DNA of 10,970 nucleotides from contig JAEOTX010000223.1 of NCBI GenBank assembly GCA_016839605.1, positions 1-10,970 on the forward strand, read 5' to 3'. Position numbers and translations under genes: made by a program. The notes below the pieces were generated by a model, which worked only from the letters and a program-made list of their open reading frames with translations, was not told the origin of the DNA and did not search any database. Positions 1 through 6,573 of the stretch are shown here, one piece after another (position 1 is the first letter of the stretch; each line of letters opens with the position of its first letter). This stretch comes from Candidatus Thorarchaeota archaeon. GTDB taxonomy: Archaea > Asgardarchaeota > Thorarchaeia > Thorarchaeales > Thorarchaeaceae.

Positions 1-369
1 GCCACAGGCAGTGTTGGAATTGCTGGGACTATCACTGAGATACTCGCATCAATTCCCGAGCTAGCCCCATTTGTTGACATTCTGAATCTAATCTACTATG
101 TCCTGCTCCTTCTTGCTGGACTAGGTGGCATCACCGTCATTGGAGGTGGGTGGCTGATGACCACGGACAGGGTAGGCACGGGTAAGTTCCTGATAGGAAT
201 TGGTGCGGGGATGGGCTTAATCAGCCTCATCATACAGATTGCTCAAAACGTCTATACACTAGGCGCAGGTGCTGCTCTGGACCTGTTTATGGCTACGGCA
301 ATGACAACAGTTGGTGCAGGACTTCTCCTGAGTATTGCGGCACGACAGTTGGCCAAAAAACCAGAATAG
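1..369 (+). CDS. Gly-rich multi-pass membrane protein, 5'-truncated by the window edge; paralog of 417..851
   Basis: Frame 1 is open from base 1 to TAG 367-369 (ATGSVGIAGTITEILASIPEL...GKFLIGIGAGMG...AKKPE). It aligns without gaps to 417..851, so the listed 157..369 ORF is only the C-terminal part. Confidence 0.85.
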   Translation, partial: ATGSVGIAGTITEILASIPELAPFVDILNLIYYVLLLLAGLGGITVIGGGWLMTTDRVGTGKFLIGIGAGMGLISLIIQIAQNVYTLGAGAALDLFMATAMTTVGAGLLLSIAARQLAKKPE

Positions 370-404
370 AATCCAACTAACAACCAACAAAATGCAATGA
401 GCAA

Positions 405-410
405 AGGTGA
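405..410 (+). promoter_or_regulatory. Shine-Dalgarno-like site AGGTGA
   Basis: 6 nt upstream of ATG 417; matches the archaeal GGAGGTGA consensus. Confidence 0.6.
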
Positions 411-416
411 CGATAT

Positions 417-851
417 ATGCGAAATAAGATTCCTTGGTCACTCTGTGTTGCAGGCGGTGTCATGCTCATCGTTTCGGGCGCTGCAGGAAATGTAGGCATA
501 TTCGACATGGTTGCGGAGATTGCGGCAACAATCCCCGAGCTTCAGCCCTACTTGCCCACAATTGAACTTGTAAGGCATGCTCTTGGAATCCTTGCTTCCC
601 TGGGAGGGAATATAGTCCTGATTGGCGGATTCCTACTTACAATAGAGCACCTAAGACTAGGCAAGTTCCTGATTGGAGCAGGAGCGGGAATGGGCATCTT
701 CGGGCTCATTATCAATATAGCAGAGATGATTTACACAACTGGATTTGGTGCTACTCTCAACTGGATCATTGCTATGGCCATGACTATGAATGGAGGCGCA
801 ATTCTGCTCACAATACTCGCAAGAATGATGGCTGGCAAGTCCAAGAAATGA
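417..851 (+). CDS. Gly-rich small membrane protein (~4 hydrophobic segments), function unknown
   Basis: 144 aa, hydrophobic with GxxxG motifs (GAGAGMG) and a basic C-terminus. SD-like AGGTGA at 405-410. Clear paralogy to the upstream gene. Confidence 0.88.
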   Translation: MRNKIPWSLCVAGGVMLIVSGAAGNVGIFDMVAEIAATIPELQPYLPTIELVRHALGILASLGGNIVLIGGFLLTIEHLRLGKFLIGAGAGMGIFGLIINIAEMIYTTGFGATLNWIIAMAMTMNGGAILLTILARMMAGKSKK

Positions 852-866
852 TGAGTCGATCTTGAG

Positions 867-1493
867 ATGGCGAATGACAATGAGAATCAGCTCACGCGAG
901 CTGTAAGTCTGATTGAATCAGAGCTCTATGATGAAGCAGTGGCTCTCCTCCGAAAATTTATGGAAGAGAGTCCTGATTCTATCGAGGGATGGTATAACCT
1001 TGGTTTCGCATTGTCGAATTCTGGGAAAGAGGAAGAAGCTATCGAGGCCTATGATGAGGCGCTTGCTATCGATAACATGATTTTCGACATCTGGTTTAAC
1101 AAAGCGACTCTACTCTATGACATGGCAGATTTTGAAGGTGCAAAAAAGTGCTATGAAGAGGCGCTTCGCATCGATCCAGAAGATGCAGAGGCCTGGAATA
1201 ACCTCGGAAATACCTTCTCTAGGCTTGCAGATGGAGCTAGTGCTATTGAAGCATATACAAGAGCTGTAGCTATTCGACCTGATTACGCAGAAGCATTCTA
1301 TAATTCTGCTAATGCACATTTCATTGAGGGCGACGATGAGCGTGCCATAGCATGTGCTGAAGCAGCTCTAGAATTAGATGCCTCGCTGATAAAGAGGGTC
1401 AACCAGTGGATTCATGTTTCTCGTGACAGACTTGTATCCACCAGAGCTGCCTTGGAAAGGAGTGAGCAAAGAAAACGAGAATCAGAAGAATGA
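867..1493 (+). CDS. Tetratricopeptide repeat (TPR) protein
   Basis: 34-aa periodic TPR motifs: WYNLG...EAIEAYDEALAID, WFNKA...AKKCYEEALRIDP, WNNLG...AIEAYTRAVAIRP, FYNSA...AIACAEAALELD; charged helical C-tail. Confidence 0.93.
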   Translation: MANDNENQLTRAVSLIESELYDEAVALLRKFMEESPDSIEGWYNLGFALSNSGKEEEAIEAYDEALAIDNMIFDIWFNKATLLYDMADFEGAKKCYEEALRIDPEDAEAWNNLGNTFSRLADGASAIEAYTRAVAIRPDYAEAFYNSANAHFIEGDDERAIACAEAALELDASLIKRVNQWIHVSRDRLVSTRAALERSEQRKRESEE

Positions 1494-1586
1494 CCACATT
1501 CCTATTGATTGATTCATCACACCTAAAAGGCTCAAGTGCACATCTGTGGAAATATGTTCGCTCCGCCCGACTCCGAGAGCAAGGGG

Positions 1587-2102
1587 ATGTCATTCAGACT
1601 GGATGTCCGGAAACTAGCGGCTGCTGCAATCCTCATTCTTGGTGGCGGCGTGATAGTCGCCTGGGTTGTCGGCCAACTAGGCATACCCTTTCTTGACCCC
1701 ATCATGATCTTAGGAGCCACCATCATGATCGCGATGATCCTGGTCTGCTGTTCCTCTATGATGGTCTTTGGCCAATTTGCTTATCGCATGCCTAGATACG
1801 GAGAGATGGAGATTCGATTCAAAGAAGGGATGGAGCTCTATAACAATCAGGAGTGGGAGGCAGCCCTCAAGATATTCCGAGAGCAGATGGGCCCCGAGAT
1901 GGATCACAAACGTGCTCTCTTCTATGGTGCGAAATGCTGCGAGGAACTTGATGATTTGAATTGCGTCAAGGAGTACACAATGAGGTACTTGGAGCTTCAG
2001 CCAAAGGACAAGGAAGTGTGGGAGATGCTTGCTAACACGCACAAAAGACTATTCGAGTATGAAGAAGCAGAAGACGCCTTGAAGAAAGCCTCGGATCTCT
2101 AG
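1587..2102 (+). CDS. Membrane-anchored TPR-like protein (2 N-terminal TM helices + helical repeat domain)
   Basis: Two hydrophobic segments (LAAAAILILGGGVIVAWVVG; IMILGATIMIAMILVCCSSMMVFG), then TPR-like helices (YLELQPKDKEVWEMLANTHKRLFEYEEAEDALKKA). ATG 1587 is preferred over 1536/1554 because purine-rich GAGAGCAAGGGG lies just upstream; start uncertain. Confidence 0.8.
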   Translation: MSFRLDVRKLAAAAILILGGGVIVAWVVGQLGIPFLDPIMILGATIMIAMILVCCSSMMVFGQFAYRMPRYGEMEIRFKEGMELYNNQEWEAALKIFREQMGPEMDHKRALFYGAKCCEELDDLNCVKEYTMRYLELQPKDKEVWEMLANTHKRLFEYEEAEDALKKASDL

Positions 2103-2136
2103 CTGAATATGCGGGATACGAAATCGGACATACGGT

Positions 2137-3048
2137 CTATTGGCTTGGAATGATCCTATTTTTCAGATAACCAATTTTCTCTATGTAAAGCACCATCTCA
2201 TCCCCAGGCTTGAGATATTCAGGCGGGTCACGTGTGAATCCGACTCCGGATGGAGTGCCTGTGGCGATAATATCAGATGGTTCAAGAGTGAAGGACTGTG
2301 ACAGATGTGAGATTATCTGACGCACTCCATAACGCAGCAATGACGTAGTAGAGTCCTGCTTGATGACACCATTGATCTTGGTCTGCATCGTCAGACCTGA
2401 GGCATCTCCCAGTTCGTCTACTGTAACAATACATGGGCCTAAGGGTCCTAATCCGTCGAGAGATTTTCCACGTATCCATTGACCGTCATCTCTTTGGAGG
2501 TCACGAGCACTCACGTCGTTGATTATTGTGTAGCCAGCTACGTAATCGAGAGCGCTGTCTTCATCAACTTCTCTGCAGGTCTTGCCAATGACGACCGCGA
2601 GTTCAACCTCCCAGTCAAGTTTGTCCGAGACCTTGGGCATAGGAATAACATCATCGGGATTTACGATGCAAGACGGAAATTTAGCAAATATAACAGGAAA
2701 TCCAGGTGTTTCGCTTCCAGTTTCTTCGATATGCTCCTTGTAATTCAGACCAAGAGCCACTATTTTTCCGGGCCGATATATTGGTGCTAGAATCTTGACA
2801 GAATAAGTGGGAAAGACAAGGGGACGTTCTAAAACTGGAAGTCCTTCGAATTTCTCTGCTATCGATCTTACGGCATCTATGCCTGACTCCCATGCCAGAA
2901 GATCCTCCATAGTTGTTGGGAATCTCTGTCCATCCATAACGTAGGTGGAGCCAAAATACCGGGCGGCATCTGGAATATCGAGAATACCACCCTCAACCTC
3001 AACGCCAACTGAGGACACACCTAACCGAGAGTAGGTAAATAGCCGCAT
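2137..3048 (-). CDS. Fumarylacetoacetate hydrolase (FAH) family protein
   Basis: Family motifs GKIVALGLNYKEH, FAK, DWEVEL, NDVSARDLQ, GKSLD..GPLGP, DIIATGTPSGVG. Confidence 0.95.
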   Translation of the reverse strand: MRLFTYSRLGVSSVGVEVEGGILDIPDAARYFGSTYVMDGQRFPTTMEDLLAWESGIDAVRSIAEKFEGLPVLERPLVFPTYSVKILAPIYRPGKIVALGLNYKEHIEETGSETPGFPVIFAKFPSCIVNPDDVIPMPKVSDKLDWEVELAVVIGKTCREVDEDSALDYVAGYTIINDVSARDLQRDDGQWIRGKSLDGLGPLGPCIVTVDELGDASGLTMQTKINGVIKQDSTTSLLRYGVRQIISHLSQSFTLEPSDIIATGTPSGVGFTRDPPEYLKPGDEMVLYIEKIGYLKNRIIPSQ

Positions 3049-3159
3049 GCGTACACTATCGCTCCGGTTTCATTAATCTTTAGCGGTTGCAAGGTGGTTG
3101 ATGCTACACCATCTGATTTATCCGATAGTGAATTAGTCATTCTCAAGGAGTGTTCATAT

Positions 3160-3489
3160 TTGACAACCAAACCGACTCTCGATGACCTACCGGACGATGT
3201 GTTCGTTGCTCTTGGAAGAAGAGGCATGGAAGGAATCCCTCTGAAGGAATGCACCTATGATTGTGATGGTAAGGAACTGATATTGCTGGAAATGAAAAGA
3301 GAGCCGGAGAAAATAACTGGCAGTGGTATTGAAAATGCATTAGAGAATTGGGTTGTTGAATGCAACACATGCAAGAGACCCTTCACAATAAGATGTAAAA
3401 TCCGATATGTTGATGGTAAGAGGATGGACACCATGGTAAACCTCTTGGACGATGAGGGCAAAGACTTGGGATGGTTAGGAAGCTACTAG
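3160..3489 (+). CDS. Small hypothetical protein with CxxxC and CxxC motifs (putative Zn-binding)
   Basis: ORF open 3094..3489; TTG 3160 preferred because AGGAG lies at 3146-3150. Motifs CTYDC and CNTC. Its stop abuts the next gene. Confidence 0.78.
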   Translation: MTTKPTLDDLPDDVFVALGRRGMEGIPLKECTYDCDGKELILLEMKREPEKITGSGIENALENWVVECNTCKRPFTIRCKIRYVDGKRMDTMVNLLDDEGKDLGWLGSY

Positions 3490-4644
3490 GTGAGCCATTT
3501 GACTAGGAAGTACAAGATTTCCGTGTTGCCTGGAGATGGAATAGGCAGGGAAGTGATTCCAGAGGCGGTGACTGTGATGAGAACAGCTACATCAAGCACC
3601 AGTGGACTGGAAATCGAGATTCACGAGTTTGAATGCGGGGGAGAATATTTCCTGAAGAACGAGCGTGAGTGGTCTGAAGAGGCTGAAGCTTTCACCAAGA
3701 ACGAAGCTGATGCTATTCTGCTAGGAGGGATTGGCGCTAAGGATGCTGAAGGGAAGATTGTGAGACTTCCAGACGGGAACATGGCTGGTTACAGTGTCGT
3801 CATTGGTCTGAGACAAATCCTTGACCTCTATGCTAATATCAGACCAGTGAAGTTGTATGAACGTGTACCAACACCTCTCGCTGAAAAGGGCCCCAAAGAT
3901 ATCGACATGGTCATTGTGAGAGAGAACACCGAAGGATTATACATTCCTGCGAGGGGAAGAATCACTGGACGCGAAGAAGGCGACCTCGCAGTGGATTTGC
4001 GTGTAATCACGGCGAGTGGAGCAGAAAGAATTTCCAGATATGCCTTCAATCTCGCAATGGAAAGGGGTGGTGCGCCAAGCGATGGCAAAAGGCGGGTGAC
4101 TTGCGTGGACAAGAGCAACCTTCTCGCAGGATGCAAGCTATTCAGGGAGTCCTTCAACAAAATCGGTGAGAGTTTTCCTGATGTGGTAAAGGATTATGCC
4201 TATGTGGATGCATGGACTCTATTGGCAATACAGAAGCCAGAATATTTTGACGTTGTTGTTGCGCCCAATGAGTTTGGCGATATCATAAGCGATCTGGGAG
4301 GTGCACTCCAAGGGGGCCTTGGAATTTCTCCCTCGGGAAACATAGGTGACCAGCATGCCATGTTTGAGCCTGTGCATGGCTCTGCTCCAGACATAGCTGG
4401 AAAGAACGTGGCAAATCCCCTTGCTGCAATCCTCTCTGTTGCTATGATGTTCGAATGGTTGGGAACAAAGCACAACGATAAATCTCCAATCACTGCAGCG
4501 ATAAAGATACGCCTTGCTGTCGAAAAGGCATTGGGAACCAGTAATATTCGCACAGCAGACCTTTGTGTAGGTGAATGGTCCAAGGTGAAGCCATCAACTA
4601 CAAAGGAAGTTGCGTCAGAGGTCACTAAGGGAATTGCGGAGTGA
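3490..4644 (+). CDS. leuB: Isocitrate/isopropylmalate (beta-decarboxylating) dehydrogenase family, LeuB/HICDH/D-malate DH-like, probably NAD-dependent
   Basis: LPGDGIGREV, LR..LDLYANIRP, VRENTEGLY, VDKSN, YVDA, FGDIISD, FEPVHGSAPDIAGKNVANP (the Asp in APDIA indicates NAD). Alternative start TTG 3499 after AGGTGA. Symbol is family-level; substrate unproven. Confidence 0.92.
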   Translation: MSHLTRKYKISVLPGDGIGREVIPEAVTVMRTATSSTSGLEIEIHEFECGGEYFLKNEREWSEEAEAFTKNEADAILLGGIGAKDAEGKIVRLPDGNMAGYSVVIGLRQILDLYANIRPVKLYERVPTPLAEKGPKDIDMVIVRENTEGLYIPARGRITGREEGDLAVDLRVITASGAERISRYAFNLAMERGGAPSDGKRRVTCVDKSNLLAGCKLFRESFNKIGESFPDVVKDYAYVDAWTLLAIQKPEYFDVVVAPNEFGDIISDLGGALQGGLGISPSGNIGDQHAMFEPVHGSAPDIAGKNVANPLAAILSVAMMFEWLGTKHNDKSPITAAIKIRLAVEKALGTSNIRTADLCVGEWSKVKPSTTKEVASEVTKGIAE

Positions 4645-5915
4645 TTGTTATGGGAGCGACTCTAGCTGAGAAGATTCTGGGTAGTCACACAGAGAAGGGC
4701 AAAGCAACTGCAGGAGAGATTGTGGAGACCTCAGTAGATCTGCTGATGGTACACGAAGTGCTAGGCTCGCGCATTCTACCAGTCTTGGACGAGATGGGAT
4801 TTGATAAGGTGTGGGATCCTGACCGCATCTTGGTTGTAAACGATCACTGGGCACCTGCTTCAGATGTCAATAGTTCTGAGATTCATCGACGGAATCGACA
4901 ATTTGTCAAGGAGCAGAATATCACACACTTCTGTGATGTCGATTGTGGGATTTGTCACCAGGTCCTCCCTGAAATGGGACTCGTGTCTCCGGGCGACCTC
5001 ATTGTTGGCAGTGACTCGCATTCCACTACTTATGGTGCCTTCAATGCATTCTCCACTGGGCTTGCTGCTACAGACTCAGCCCTCATTATCTCCACAGGCA
5101 GCATCTGGTTCAGAGTGCCTGAGTCGATCTATGTCAAGATAGATGGCAAATTTGCTGAGTACGTTATGAGCAAAGACCTGATTCTCAAAATCATCGCAGA
5201 CCTTGGTCCAGATGGAGCCAACTATCAGTCATTAGAGTTTCATGGGTCCACGATAGACTCAATGTTGGTTGGAGAGAGAATGACAGTCTGCAATATGGCA
5301 GTGGAGGCAGGAGCTAAATCTGCGCCTATGAACTGCAACAAGCACGTCGAGAAGTGGATGAAAGAGCATGCGCCTTCGAGATCATTGAGTCCTGTAGAAC
5401 CTGACCCTGATGCTGAATATGTTGAAACATTCGAGTACAACTTGGACAAAGATCCGCTTGAGCCAATGGTCGCAGTTCCCGACAATCCAACCAATGGTGT
5501 ACCTGCATCTGAGGCTGCTGGCACGAAATTCGACCAAGCATTCATAGGCTCTTGTACCAATGGCAGAATTCAGGATCTTGAGATTGCAGCCAAGATTCTG
5601 GGGGGACAGAAGATACACAAGGACATACGATTGATTATCACTCCAGCTAGCAAGACAACGTACATGCAAGCTCTAGAGAGAGGACACATCAAGACACTCA
5701 TGCAGTCAGGTGCGATTATAACGAACTCAACTTGTGGAGCTTGCGTGGGAGGACATCTGGGTGTTCTAGGAGCTGGCGAGGTGTGCGTTTCGAGTACAAA
5801 CAGAAACTTCCCAGGTCGAATGGGGCATCGAGATTCAAAGGTCTACTTGGCGTCGCCTGCAACCGTAGCAGCCAGTGCATTAAGGGGCGAAATCACTGAT
5901 CCAAGGAGGCTGTGA
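4641..5915 (+). CDS. leuC: 3-isopropylmalate dehydratase/homoaconitase family large subunit (archaeal LeuC/HacA type, [4Fe-4S])
   Basis: TLAEKIL, DH, GICHQV, GSDSHSTTYGA, GSCTNGR, CGACVG (three cluster Cys), STNRNFPGRMG, LASPATVAASA. GTGA overlap with the previous gene; ATG 4650 is an alternative start. Confidence 0.95.
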   Translation: MIVMGATLAEKILGSHTEKGKATAGEIVETSVDLLMVHEVLGSRILPVLDEMGFDKVWDPDRILVVNDHWAPASDVNSSEIHRRNRQFVKEQNITHFCDVDCGICHQVLPEMGLVSPGDLIVGSDSHSTTYGAFNAFSTGLAATDSALIISTGSIWFRVPESIYVKIDGKFAEYVMSKDLILKIIADLGPDGANYQSLEFHGSTIDSMLVGERMTVCNMAVEAGAKSAPMNCNKHVEKWMKEHAPSRSLSPVEPDPDAEYVETFEYNLDKDPLEPMVAVPDNPTNGVPASEAAGTKFDQAFIGSCTNGRIQDLEIAAKILGGQKIHKDIRLIITPASKTTYMQALERGHIKTLMQSGAIITNSTCGACVGGHLGVLGAGEVCVSSTNRNFPGRMGHRDSKVYLASPATVAASALRGEITDPRRL

Positions 5916-6421
5916 AAGTGGGAGCTTTTGAGAAAATAGTGGGGAGAGCGTGGGTGCTTGGTGACAATATCGACACCGATCAGATAATCCAAGGTCGATA
6001 TCTTACACTCCTAAGTTACGAAGAGATGGCAAAACATGCATTGAAAATCCCCAGACCAGATTTTGCATCCGGCGTAAAGAAGAACGATGTGATTGTTGCT
6101 GGAAGAAACTTTGGCTCAGGCTCGTCCCGGGAAGAGGCGCCCCAGGTTCTCAAGGAGCTCGGAGTCGGATGCATTGTAGCGGAATCGTTCTCCAGGATTT
6201 TCTATAGAAATGGATTCAACGTAGGATTGCCTCTCATGTTAGTGCCAGGTGTTTCATCGAACGTAGAGGATGGCAACTTATTGACAATCGACTTCACAAA
6301 GGGAACGCTCACAAACAATGACTCAGGCAAAATGCTCCAAGGCGAACCTTTACCATCATTCATGCGAGAGATACTAGAATCAGGCGGAGCTGTTTCAAGA
6401 TACAAGAAACTCAAGAAATAG
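5912..6421 (+). CDS. leuD: 3-isopropylmalate dehydratase/homoaconitase family small subunit (LeuD/HacB type)
   Basis: GDNIDTDQII, AGRNFGSGSSREEA, AESFSRIFYRNGFNVGLP; GTGA overlap with the large subunit. Confidence 0.95.
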   Translation: MKVGAFEKIVGRAWVLGDNIDTDQIIQGRYLTLLSYEEMAKHALKIPRPDFASGVKKNDVIVAGRNFGSGSSREEAPQVLKELGVGCIVAESFSRIFYRNGFNVGLPLMLVPGVSSNVEDGNLLTIDFTKGTLTNNDSGKMLQGEPLPSFMREILESGGAVSRYKKLKK

Positions 6422-6443
6422 AATCGAGTGCTCATAGGAAGAA

Positions 6444-6458
6444 AGGGCTAAAAGCCCT
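6444..6458 (+). terminator. Short hairpin after leuD (possible 3' end signal)
   Basis: AGGGCT-AAA-AGCCCT inverted repeat 22 nt after the stop; no strong U tract. Confidence 0.35.
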
Positions 6459-6573
6459 CTCGTACTGAGTTGCACACGCGAGTGCTCAAGTAGAGGTCCA
6501 ATTCATGAATGTCATACTTTTCCTAATAATATCGCTTATAGCTCATTCGATCCCAATTCCATTGTCAACAGAC

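Noticed and set aside
1-851. A/V-ATPase proteolipid (c/K) subunits, suggested by the Gly-rich helices
   Set aside because: No conserved carboxylate in the C-terminal TM helix and no other ATPase genes in the window.
2505-2512. Third copy of GAGTGCTC (reverse strand)
   Set aside because: Lies within the conserved DVSARD codons of the FAH gene, so it is explained by coding.
3160-3489. LysW carrier protein (would imply the alpha-aminoadipate lysine pathway)
   Set aside because: About twice LysW length and lacks the C-terminal EDWGE motif.
3828-4625. Antisense ORFs of 110 and 141 aa, and similar ones at 1710..2042, 2479..2790, 5240..5560, 6543..6911 and 10439..10876
   Set aside because: They are shadows of well-supported genes on the opposite strand, with no motifs or RBS.
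6505-6573. Signal-peptide-like N-terminal extension MNVILFLIISLIAHS
   Set aside because: Likely a translation of AT-rich promoter DNA; the downstream ATG already provides TM anchors. Not fully excluded.
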